This document shows, one piece after another, positions 37,461 through 49,819 of a stretch of DNA of 64,000 bases (positions within the stretch are counted from its first letter, which is position 1; every line of letters starts with the position of its first letter). The stretch is taken from NCBI RefSeq assembly GCF_003918875.1, contig NW_025765148.1, positions 62,001-126,000 on the forward strand, given 5' to 3'. The DNA comes from Haliotis rubra. Its lineage: Eukaryota. Made by a program: the position numbers and the translations under genes. The notes beneath the pieces were generated by a model. That model had not been told where the DNA came from and searched no databases. It was given only the letters and a program-made list of their open reading frames with translations.

Positions 37461-39714
37461 TTACACTTGTATTTTAGGTAATATGTCACCACTTTTAGCT
37501 GATATCTTGAGCTGAGCCAGATTGTCTGCCCTTGTTCTTCCTATGTTGACAATAGCGACAGGTTTTCTCAGGCTGTGAGCCTTGTTGACAAATCGATACC
37601 CAGAATACACCTGAAACATTAGATCAGTCAAACAGAATAACATGGAGATGAGGTTACATATTGGCATGGAATGCATGAAAATAGTGACACCTGATACAAA
37701 TATACATTACCAAACAATGGAGAACTAGTTCGCTGCAACACTAAGAAGCCATTGTGTTCATCCCATTCCCTATTTTAGACCTCGACATCTATGTCTATTT
37801 AAACATCATACAGGGCTTTGGACATTACATAATCCTTATTTCTATGTTTGCTTAGGCCTAAAAAAAAAAAGCTTGTGGTTCCGATTTCCTGACCGACCCT
37901 AAATATTCCCGCCGAGCCTAACGATTTTACTCACCACATAACAAATTAAATTTATTTTCTGACACATGTGTAGTGTAAAAATATTTTGTGGGAAAAAAAA
38001 CAACCCCTACCTACCTACCCTAGTTCTGAAATGTAGGAAATCGGAACCACAACATTTATTTTTTGGGGCCTTATTGTTTAACACTGCTCTTGGCTATTTT
38101 CCAGCTATATGATGGCAGTCTGTAAATAATTCAGACTGGATGAGATAGTCTAGTGAATGATGTCATGAGCATTGATCTTTGCAAATGGTGAAATTAAGTC
38201 AACGATCCTGACCACCCAATTAGTTGCCCCTTTCAACAAGCATGGGTGACTGAAAACTAATTCTAACCTGGATTTTCACAGGTAGATCTCCTATTTAAAC
38301 ACGCAACTGCGCATTGAACGTTACCAGACTCATTACCTGATCCCTGATTTAAACACCTAACATGACTTTGGAACATTGAACAATATTGGCATGATCTAGA
38401 TCTAGTACATTCACATACCTCTAATGATGAACCAATGACAAGCACCGCATCACTTTCAGAGACTTTTCTGAAGACGAAGTCCACAATGTTTCGAGCAACA
38501 TTGTCACCAAAGAAGATTATCTCTGGTTTAAGAACACCCCCACAGCTGTCACATGCTGGCACCTTAAAGATATATGATTGTGTGCTAAGCTTTCACATGC
38601 GATGCTAAAAGATCTATTGAACGTAACAGTTAAATTAGATTATGCAATTAGAGATTTGTCTAAGGTGAGAAAGTGTCAGCATTGAATTTTTTAGCTTTGT
38701 GGTATTGCTAAGATGTCATTTCACCTGAAATACCTTGATACACCTGGATATTTTAGTCAATAGTGATAACACTTTTGCACTTTCGAAACAAGAAATCAAA
38801 TTTGTGAAGCCCTGCCCCTCCCTGTTCAATGTATCTGACCCCTCCTGTCAATCTGACCCCTCCCTGTTGAATGTCAATGTACCAGACCCCCTCCCTGTTG
38901 AATGCATCTCACCAATTTGATGTTTTCCATCTGCAGGTATGTGATACAATAACATGCTTGAGGCTATATCTTTGGTCAGAGAGGGATGGAAATCTGATGA
39001 TTACTAATTATGATCTGAGAAAAACCAAGCCATTACCTGAAATCCTTGGACTTGTTCTGCAGATAAGGAAACATCACCATCAGGGGCCATCTCAAAAGAC
39101 TCTGCATGCCATTTAGGGTTTCTGTCTATTATCATCTCCTGCATTTCATGTCTGGGAAACACCTTCTGACATGACAGACACTCTACCCTATGTGCACTCC
39201 CATGTAACTCCGTCAACTGCATACTGCCAGCTTTATAGTGCAACGCGTCAACATTCTGTGTTACCAACCATGACACCTTCCTCTTCCTCTCCCAAGAACT
39301 TAAAGTCAAGTGCGACTCATTTGGCAGAAAGCAAGAAAACCGAGGCCATCCTACAAAATTCCTTGCCCAGTAACGCTGACGGATCTTGGCGTCTTTCAAA
39401 AAGTCAATATATTGTACAGGCCTGTTGGAGCTAGTGGCATAGAGACCAACTCCCTCTGATCGGTAGTCCGGAATTCCACTTTCAGTTGAGATTCCAGCCC
39501 CTGTTAGAACAAGGAGGCGTTCACTTCTGTCTATGAACTGCTGTAAAGAGTCGATCTCTTGCTCTGAGGCTGGTTGGCTGCTTGGAACAAAGTTTGTTGA
39601 TGCTGCGACCTTTGATGCCAATTTGGGGGAATTAGAAAATTGTCTGTGGCACAGTTGACAGCATTTCAGAATCTTGGAACTCTTGTGAGGGAGTGTGAAG
39701 TTTAATACTGACAT
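37461..39714 (-). CDS. SIRT4: NAD-dependent sirtuin-4, mitochondrial; 3 coding exons, about 323 aa
   Basis: Exons 39714-39037, 38562-38419, 37610-37461 (all phase 0). Motifs [75 protein letters not shown]. Confidence 0.96.
37855..38070. mobile_element. Zator-like MITE in SIRT4 intron 2
   Basis: GGCC..AAAA..TGTGGTTCCGATTTCC inverted at both ends; TTA on both flanks. Confidence 0.7.
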
Positions 39715-39959
39715 TTCTTTCCAGTGTTGTTCAAAACGAGGATTTTAACCTCAATACAAATTACCTAATTTATCGATTTTTTAAAGCATAATGTATTTGA
39801 CAACTAAATAATTCTTTGTCAAAACAAGAACCAAGAGAGTAGCATTTTGTCACGTGTATTGACATGGACAGACTTTAACAGTTCGTGATAAAATGTGTTA
39901 CTGAATTCTTCAAAGTTAACAATCGAATTCCTGAGCATATACATGTGAAGATGTACACT

Positions 39960-40200
39960 ATTTCGATTTCTTGAACCTTACACAACACCTCTGCTCAATG
40001 TCACTACATGAAAACATTAGAGTTATCTTCCCAGTCGCAGCAAGCTCCATTTCAGCGCGTGTCACCTTTCTCTAACCACGATTAAGCGGCATCGCTGTAA
40101 GGAACCTAAACTTACCGGAAACACGTGAAGGCAACCAAAACAAATCGTGAGGGTGGACGGGATGCTTGTGACTTATGTAAAAGTGATTGTTTAAAGTAAC
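39960..40200. promoter_or_regulatory. Bidirectional promoter SIRT4/NIF3L1
   Basis: Divergent ATGs about 490 bp apart; CCGGAA (about 40115) next to CACGTG (40122-40127); minus-strand donor sites at about 39980 and about 40114 suggest SIRT4 5'UTR exons. Confidence 0.65.
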
Positions 40201-40207
40201 AATTTTA

Positions 40208-43200
40208 ATGTATTTGCAGTCCTTAAGGTATATATCAAACGTCAGTAACTCGCCAACTGTCAGTGCAGTAGCGACTGTACTTCATGATTACCGCCCGCCC
40301 ACTACTAGAGGCATTATTAGCGCACCTGTTACCACTAATTTTAAGAGTGCTGCTACTTTTTGTCAAAGTAAACGCCACATCTATACGTATCGGTACATAA
40401 ACGTTTCAAGATTAAGCCGGTTCCAGCAACAGTTTCTACCTTGCGTCTTCAAGAAGAGTTTCTTACATACTTCTCTTGAAGGAATGGAACTAAAAAAGGT
40501 TGTGAACATTCTTAACGAATTTGCAAACACAAGTTTGGCCGAGAGCTGGGACAATGTGGGGCTCCTTACAGAGCCCTCAGCTCCACACAACGTGAGGACG
40601 ATTCTACTCACAAATGATCTGACGCCAGCTGTTCTTGATGAGGCCATAGAGAAGAATGCAGACTTGATTCTGTCTTACCATCCCCCAATTTTCTCCCCCA
40701 TGAAGAGGCTGACGCAGAAGTCTTGGAAGGAGAAGCTCATTGTGAAGTGCCTGGAGAAAAGAATCGCCATCTACTCACCACATACATGCTATGACGCTCT
40801 CAGTGGAGGAGTCAATGATTGGCTGATCAGTGCATTTGGTGAGAATTAGGAAAGTTCTTTTCTCTTTCACCATCATTATATTTAGCTCAGTTGTAGGGTG
40901 TTTGACAGATGTGCTGACAGGCTTTTACTATTTACTATTATGATAAATACCATGCACCCATTAATTACAAGGACCGCCATATAGCTGGAATATTGCTCAG
41001 TGCGGCATAAAACTGAACTCTCTCACTCACTCACTCACTCACTCATTAATTACAATAGATTTGTTTTAAAAGTGACATATTCCCTTTTGTTTCTCCATAA
41101 TATAGCACACACGTATAAGATTGGATATTTTCTATTGTGTTTCAAATCCGACTGAAACCTAAGCTATGGTAGTGAATGGTTCCAGATTATAGTTGCCGGT
41201 ATAAAACTGACTTGTATCACACTGGATAAGGCAGGAGTCACCATGTTCTATCAGCTTGTGGATTTTGTTGTTGTTCCATGGTAAAGCTTGGCATTCACAT
41301 TCTGGAAACTAACCTTTACTTTCAAAGGGACAATTTTTAAAATTCCATAAAAATTGCAGGGTCAGCAAAATTGAGCCCAGATTTGGTTGTCTGATTGCCC
41401 TGCAAGATACACTATCCGACAATTTCTTTGTTATAAATATACGTCTACCTACATTGTAACATTATGATATAGGTCATGTGGCCAAAGGGACTTCACATTT
41501 GAGTTTGTTATAACATTACTTTGTTATGAGCATTATAACCTTTATTAGGAACCGTGCATAATTTATGGCTAGGGGAGGGGGGTGATGATGATTTTCATGG
41601 AGAAGCATGTACAATGTGAATGAACCCCCCTAAACTTTATGTACAAAGTATGTGAACCCGCCCTGCATGTCATGTACAAAATCAATGACCCCCTTAGTGA
41701 TTAATTTCTTAACTCTAGACATTGCATTTTGTTGACAGAAACAGAAGTAAGTTTGTTATAGACATAGTTTACTGTATTGTAGACACGAAGAGCACTAAAC
41801 CGGTGGAGCAGAGCGAGGCGTGTGGGGAGTTTGGTTGTCAGGTTGACATTGTCCTGGAAACAGCTGATGCCACCAAGCTTGTCCAAGCAGTCACAGACAA
41901 ATCTATACCCAGAAGAATCATCACAAGTCCCTTGTGAGTAAACACAACAACTCTTGAGGCCTCAGGAGAAAGGTCCTCATCAACCTGTGCTGTTCGTAAA
42001 AGGGATTTAATGGATAGCGTGTTTGGTCAACCACGTAAACTGATGTCAGGCATCATCACTCAAGATATCAATCATTGTCAATCACTCTCTGTTACAGTAG
42101 AACATGGTTATAGCGAACACGGATAAAGCGAACAAATTTAAAAGTCCCGTCAACAGTCCTTTATAATATCATTGAAATTATGCGTGAATAACGAACTCGT
42201 GAGTAGCGAATTAACGGCTATAGCGAACTGATTTACTACCCCCAAGACCCAATTAACGACGTGATTAGCGAACTCACTCAGTGTCAGCTCAGCCACTTAG
42301 CGGTACAGTATACATCAATCTAGTTGGCGGTGAATGAACATTGTTTGATGGTCATTAATTAATTAACATCTGGACATTATAAATGTAAGCTTGCATTTTC
42401 ATTAAAAAATAAATTTATTTAAGTTGTAGTTGTATTATTTCAATTTTATTATAAAAATAAACTTCATATTTATCATCAACATGATATAGGTAATGTCTGA
42501 GAATGTCTACATCTCTACAATCCAAGATGGCGGTCAAATGTGAATAACGAACAACGGATATAGCGAACTAAATTTCTTGGTCCCTTGGAGTTCGTTATAT
42601 CCGTGTTCTACTGTATATGGGGATTGGCTTGTCATGTCAGCTCCCTAGTATGGGGAGTATTTGGATGGGTGCTAAACTTTCAACTGAGCCCCTGTACACT
42701 CTTACTGAATTATCACACTGTATGATTCAGTGGTATTCAGTTATTTGCCTTAAATACTTACGTGATACAGGTGAACGGTAATTAAAGCTCAATTTACTGT
42801 CCAATGCTTATATTTTTTGCAGAGCATTACATGAGAAAACTGAACAGGGTGTGACCCGAGTGAGTGTGTCCTGCAGCAAGAGTGACGTCCCTTGTCTGGT
42901 GGACATTGCCCAGTCTCACCCAGCGGTCATCAGTATAGAGAAGCGGCAGATAGAGAAGGTATGTTGCTCAGAACCCCTGGGTTAGAATTATTACCCAGGA
43001 ATAGGGTTGACAGACCTAGATTTGATTCGATTTTCGATATTGGACCCTCGATTCCATCAGTTTTGATTCGATTCTTCATAAAAGTAAAAACATCAGATTT
43101 CATTTAACTCCCAGAGTCGGGTTTTTAGCATGAAATCCATCGTCAACCTGGCGATGTCTACTAACAACAATTCTCATTGGATAATTAGCCAGGCTTCAAC

Positions 43201-46200
43201 CGATCATGTTTCACCTTATTTCAGCACTTGAAACTGCTCAAGTTGGAGTCAAACTTTTGTTCTGACTGTGTGAAAATAATTTGTTAGGTATTCAAATATC
43301 GATAATGGTTAAAAAAAATCGAAACTAAGGTGTCAGATTCGATTTTTGATTAATCGAACCGAATCGTTGCAGCCCTACTCAGGAACAGTGCACTTGCCCT
43401 TAAGCCTGTTGCTAGCAAATTTTCATTTGGACTCAAGATTGTGAAATATCCCAAGCCAGACTGGCTTCTGAGTTTTAATGGTGATTTATTTATGCACAGC
43501 TCTTTAACAGTTTATCAAAAGAACAAAAAGTTCTCTCAGTTTTGGGATCTTTACAACGATTGAAAATATGAAGTAAAATTAATATCACTAAAGAATAGAG
43601 TTTATTTTATTTGTTACCCTCTTTCTTTATGTTTGACTCATGATTGGCATTTGGGGTTTTCTTCATCGATACCACCTCAAGAGCGGATTTCTGGAAAAGT
43701 ATATTGAAAAATATTTAAAAAGTGACAGTTGAAATTCGCTGGTAATGTTATATTTATCAGCAACTATCCATACCATTGAGATATGTGACACTTAGTGTAC
43801 TTGTGATAGAATTATCAGTTTTGTATAGGGTGACTTTCAACATTTCGAACCACGAGTATATATGTAAGGGAGATTTGGCAGTGAAGTAATCCTGTTTATC
43901 AAATGTCACTAACAGTTGGCCACTTGTTTTGTGTGTCAGGTTCCGCTAGTGGGTTATGGCATGGGTCGTGTGGGAAAACTGACTTCACCCCTCAGTCTTG
44001 GTGAAGCTGTGGCAAGGGTGAAGACACATCTGGGACTGGAGCACGTCCGTCTGGCAACTGCATCTGGTGAGTATACAGACAGTGACCAGGATGGGTGGAT
44101 CTTTAAAGTTTATGATTTAAATTGTGTATTCTGTGTTTCTAGATTACGTTGTTATTCAATGCCAGTGGCAGAGTTAAAATCTGTTCCGGATGCATTTGGT
44201 TTTCTATCCAACAGGTTTATGATAAGAAGTAAGTGTACACACTTTCATAAAGGTAAACTGAACAGTCGTACATGAAACGACTATGTTTAATGGAAACATT
44301 GATTCACAAACTAATACTGGGGGTTCAGAAGCTGAATGGGTTATGATCGATTTCAATGAAAGGCACGGTGAAATTATTTCACTTTGTGACAAGCATGTGT
44401 GCGTGTTCATGCATGTTTGCTTTTACTATTACTATCTTTCGATGTATTTTTTTAAAACAGACACTTTGTCTGGAGAAGTGGTCTGCAACGAATAAAGATG
44501 TTGTCCCACATAAAGATGTTGTCTCACGCATAAGAATGTTGTCCCACCCATAAAGATGTTGTCCCACATAAAGATGTTGTCCCACCCATAAAGATGTTGT
44601 CCCACCCATAAAGATGTTGTCCCCATAAAGATGTTGTCCCACCCATAAAGATGTTGTCCCACGCATAAAGATGTTGTCCCACCCATAAAGATGTTGTCCC
44701 ACCCATAAAGATGTTGTCCCACATAAAGATGTTGTCCCACATAAAGATGTTGTCCCACCCATAAAGATGTTGTCCCGCATAAAGATGTTGTCCCACCCAT
44801 AAAGATGTTGTCCCTCCCACCCATAAAGATGTTGTCCCACATAAGGATGTTGTCCCACATAAGGATGTTGTCCCACCCATGAAGATGTTGTCCCACATGA
44901 AGATGTCCCACCCATAAAGAGATGTTGTCCCACATAAAGATGTTGTCCGACCCATAAAGATGTTGTCCGACTCATAAAGATGTTGTCCCAACCATAAAGA
45001 TGTTGTCCCACATAAAGATGTTGTCCCACATAAGGATGTTGTCCCACCCATGAAGATGTTGTCCGACTCATAAAGATGTTGTCCCACCCATAAAGATGTT
45101 GTCCCACCCATAAAGATGTTGTCCACATACAAAGATGTTGTCCCACATAAGGATGTTGTCCCACCCATGAAGATGTTGTCCCACATGAAGATGTCCCACC
45201 CATAAAGATGTTGTCCCACATAAAGATGTTGTCCGACCCATAAAGATGTTGTCCCACCCATAAATATGTTGTCCCACCCATAAAGATGTTGTCCCACATA
45301 AAGATGTTGTCCCCCATAAAGATGTTGTCCCACCCATAAAGATGTTGTCCGACTCATAAAGATGTTGTCCCACCCATAAAGATGTTGTCCCACCCATAAA
45401 GATGTTGTCCCACATAAAGATGTTGTCCCCACATAAGGATGTTGTCCCACCCATGAAGATGTTGTCCCACATGAAGATGTCCCACCCATAAAGATGTTGT
45501 CCCACATAAAGATGTTGTCCGACCCATAAAGATGTTGTCCCACCCATAAATATGTCCCACATAAAGATGTTGTCCCACCCATAAAGATGTTGTCCCATAT
45601 AAAGATGTTGTCCCACATAAAGATGTTGTCCCACCCATAAAGATGTTGTCCCATATAAAGATGTTGTCCCACATAAAGATGTAGTCCCACCCTTAAAGAT
45701 GTTGTCCCACATAAAGATGTTGTCCCACCCATAAAGATGTTGTCCCACATAAAGATGTTGTCCCACATAAAGATGTTGTCCCACCCATAAAGATGTTGTC
45801 CCACATAAAGATGTTGTCCCACCCATAAAGATGTTGTCCCACATAAAGATGTTGTCCCACCCATAAAGATGTTGTCCCACATAAAGATGTTGTCCCACCC
45901 ATAAAGATGTTGTCCCACATAAAGATGTTGTCCCACCCATAAAGATGTTGTCCCACATAAAGATGTTGTCCCACCCATAAAGATGTTGTCCCACATAAAG
46001 ATGTTGTCCCACCCATAAAGATGTTGTCCCACATAAAGATGTTGTCCCACCCATAAAGATGTTGTCCCACATAAAGATGTTGTCCCACCCATAAAGATGT
46101 TGTCCCACATAAAGATGTTGTCCCACCCTTAAAGATGTTGTCCCACATAAAGATGTTGTCCCACCCATAAAGATGTCCCATATAAAGATGTTGTCCCACA

Positions 46201-48111
46201 TAAAGATGTTGTCCCACCCATAAAGATGTCCCATATAAAGATGTTGTCCCACATAAAGATGTTGTCCCACCCATAAAGGTGTTGTCCCACATAAAGATGT
46301 TGTCCCACCCATAAAGATGTTGTCCCACATAAAGATGTTGTCCCACCCATAAAGATGTTGTCCCACATAAAGATGTTGTCCCACATAAAGATGTTGTCCC
46401 ACCCTTAAAGATGTTGTCCCACATAAAGATGTTGTCCCACCCATAAAGATGTTGTCCCATATCAAGATGTTGTCCCACATAAAGATGTTGTCCCACCCAT
46501 AAAGATGTTGTCCCACATAAAGATGTTGTCCCACCCATAAAGATGTTGTCCCACATAAAGATGTTGTCCCACCCATAAAGATGTTGTCCCACATAAAGAT
46601 GTTGTCCCACATAAAGATGTTGTCCCACCCTTAAAGATGTTGTCCCACATAAAGATGTTGTCCCACCCATAAAGATGTTGTCCCATATAAAGATGTTGTC
46701 CCACATAAAGATGTTGTCCCACCCATAAAGATGTTGTCCCACATAAAGATGTTGTCCCACCCATAAAGATGTTGTCCCACATAAAGATGTTGTCCCACAT
46801 AAAGATGTTGTCCCACCCATAAAGATGTTGTCCCACATAAAGATGTTGTCCCACCCATAAAGATGTTGTCCCACATAAAGATGTTGTCCCACATAAAGAT
46901 GTTGTCCCACCCATAAAGATGTTGTCCCACATAAAGATGTTGTCCCACCCATAAAGATGTTGTCCCACATAAAGATGTTGTCCCACCCATAAAGATGTTG
47001 TCCCATAAAGATGTTGTCCCAAGTAAAGATGTTGTCCCACCCATAAAGATGTTGTCCCGACCATAAAGATGTTGTCCCACATAAAGATGTTGTCCCACCC
47101 ATAAAGATGTTGTCCCACCCATAAAGATGTTGTCCCACATAAAGATGTTGTCCCACCCATAAAGATGTTGTCCCACATAAAGATGTTGTCCCACATAAAG
47201 ATGTTGTCCCACCCATAAAGATGTTGTCCCACATAAAGATGTTGTCCCCACATAAAGATGTTGTCCCACCCATAAAGATGTTGTCCCACATAAAGATGTT
47301 GTCCCACACATAAAGATGTTGTCCACACATAAAGATGTTGTCCCACCCATAAAGATGTTGTCCCCACATAAAGATGTTGTCCCACATAAAGATGTTGTCC
47401 CACACATAAAGATGTTGTCCCACCCATAAAGATGTTGTCCCACATAAAGCATGACCGGACATTGAGGAACTGTAACACTACATTGTTTATCAAATGATTT
47501 GTTTTGGTATTTGTGTCATTGCTATGCCAGATATTTATACAGATATCAATATTCTCATGCATTTCTGTATGATAAATATCATGGTAAGAATAGAGAATAT
47601 ATATTGTGCTGATCATAACCTGGCCCAATATCATGAAAATACACTCCACTAATTTTCTCTTACAGAATAACCTGCAATTTGTTTTCTTTTGACGGCTGTT
47701 CCTGGTCTAATCAAGTGTAGTGACATGGGACAGAATGACTGGATAAATATTTTTACATTTGATGAATGCAAGCATTTTTCATGTTTCTTTCATGCTTTCA
47801 ATAATTTCAAGATTTGAAACTCCTATTCTCTTTGTACAGGCATGGACAAGGTCTGCTCCGTGGCTGTATGTGCAGGTTCCGGATCCAGCGTTCTGCGTGG
47901 TGCCATGGCCGATCTCTTCGTGACTGGGGAGATGTCACATCATGATGTTCTCAACGCCGTCAGTAACGGCATCAGCGTCATTCTGTGTGAGCACAGCAAC
48001 ACAGAGAGAGGCTATCTCAAAGAACTGAAGGGCAAATTTTCAAGCCTAATGTCAGATCAAGTACAGATCTTTGTGTCAGAGACCGACTCAGATCCACTGA
48101 AAACTGTGTAA
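40208..48111 (+). CDS. NIF3L1: NIF3-like protein 1, 5 exons (about 438 aa from ATG 40208, about 346 aa from ATG 40484)
   Basis: Exons 40208/40484-40838, 41783-41933, 42823-42958, 43940-44066, 47840-48111, with consistent phases. Motifs SLAESWDNVGLL.EPS, LTNDLT, SYHPPIF, YSPHT, GVNDWL, GMGR, AVCAGSG, TGEMSHH, EHSNTERG, DPL. Confidence 0.95.
42095..42613. mobile_element. Tc1/mariner (pogo/Tigger-like) MITE
   Basis: TA-CAGTAGAAC ... GTTCTACTG-TA; repeated subterminal TAGCGAAC motifs. Confidence 0.88.
43002..43377. mobile_element. hAT-type MITE
   Basis: TAGGGTTG / CAGCCCTA termini; subterminal GATTCGATT motifs; TSD CCCAGGAA / CTCAGGAA (7 of 8 match). Confidence 0.75.
44493..47448. repeat. About 2.95-kb minisatellite of interspersed 18- and 20-bp units (ATAAAGATGTTGTCCCAC[CC]) in NIF3L1 intron 4
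   Basis: Direct reading. Confidence 0.97.
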
Positions 48112-49612
48112 TAACAAAATTACAGACCAAAACATATTTCAAGGGGGAGTCATGATTACTTGTACAGGGCTGTGTGTCATATGTTGTAATATGTTGTAAT
48201 ATGTGTTTCAGTTGTCAATGTGATTCCTTGGAATACTCTGTCAAATGAATTTCATAGCAATGAAATATTCTGAAGAATACTGCAGTACATTTCCAATATA
48301 TTCACCCTGTTGAGATTCTGTGTTGAAATAGGTCTCCACAACCTGTAAGGGTTGAAAGAGGTGGCTTAATATATCAAGTGGTCAGGCTTGGTAATTTCGT
48401 TGAGATGGTGATATACCCAGTGCAATGATTTGCTTCTCTCAGTATCAGTCTTTAAATGGTCCAGCCTGGGTTGTATATTCTCTGGCTTCCTTCATATAGC
48501 GACAATATGGCTGACTGCAGTGGTGAACAATGACAAAATCATCTATTGACTTACATACTGCACAGTATGTCTGCCATACTCATCAAGGAACATATATTTG
48601 CACAAATTGCTTTCACTGGGTTTTTTATGCGTTTTGTGAAACAAGTGATACATCTACAATGTTGAAAAACATCATATACCGGTACTACTCCAATGAATTT
48701 CAACACTGTAGGTGTACAACGATGTGATCAGTAATTGTCCATGTCAAACATTATGTACTACTCAAATTAAGGTAAGAACACCTATGATTGAGAGACTGTC
48801 TGTTGCAACATTCAAAGCCATAACTGTCAAATGAAACAAATGGGTGTTTTCCTTCACTTCCCTTTCAATCTTTTTGGTCTTACTGACTATTGACAGTGCA
48901 GACATTTTGAACTGTAAAAATACTTCATACACAATATCACCCACAAATAAAATCTGATGTTTCTCTCAATAGGTTTGACTATTTTGGTTCATTGTTTTCT
49001 CTTCCACCTGATGATGTTAATGTACAACAAAGACACATTAGGATGTATGTTTTAATGCAGCAAAGTTCACATTTGCAAACATGAATATGAGACTTGATGT
49101 ATCCATGAATACTGAAATGTTGTATCTTGCCAGAGATTCTGAGGAAATGGCAACATCTGGATGGGTGATTCAAAAGGAAACAAAATAAAATCAGAATCTT
49201 CATGTTTGCAACAAGTACACAAAAGTCTGAGGACATACTATTACACGTCGTGTCAACCAATCTTTTGCATACTTTGACATACAAATGGAAGGACTAATAG
49301 GAATTGAATTAGCTATCAATAAAAACGTTTAGTTGATATTTTGTTTCAAAATATGACTTCCATTCCCGACTATGCTTTTACATATATGATGAAAACGTTC
49401 ATTATACAGAAATTTGAAGGTTGAGCTAAACTAGTTTCAGGACTGTTGAACAGAAGCCTGAGGTTGTTTTGACAGTAGTCCCTACAGAGAGACACTCTCC
49501 ATTTCCAATGTTTATTTCATTGATAGATTGACATGAATTTTGACAATATTGGCTCTGATTGGTCAGATCGAAGGCCATTTTGATGTGAGCTGTAATCGAA
49601 TGTCTCATGACC

Positions 49613-49819
49613 TTTATAACATGTTATACTTGGGATTACACTTTCTTAGTAAAGTACAGATTCTAGTACTTTTGTTGGGTTGAGCCCCATCCGGGATTCG
49701 AACCCACACCCTCAGAGTCAGGCACCTAATCGCCAGCAGACAAAGTCAGCCGTCTAACCCACTCCGCCACCACAGCTTCCACAAAAATGGAAGTCGGACA
49801 ACTGGTTGTCATCACCACA
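49613..49819 (-). mobile_element. Candidate solo LTR containing a tRNA-like Pol III promoter (Helenus-type TRIM-like)
   Basis: Minus strand starts TGTGGTG; internal A box TGGCGGAGTGG and B box GGTTCGAATCC; ends TATAACATGTTATAAA; flanks GACC / GACT. Confidence 0.5.

Noticed and set aside
44379-47649. Long minus-strand ORFs (up to 589 aa, WDNIFM/VGQHLY repeats)
   Set aside because: All three frames are open because the repeat unit has no stop codon on that strand; 18/20-bp mixing ignores frame; the region is intronic to NIF3L1.
49683-49778. Genuine tRNA gene
   Set aside because: A and B boxes are present, but the acceptor and anticodon stems do not pair convincingly.
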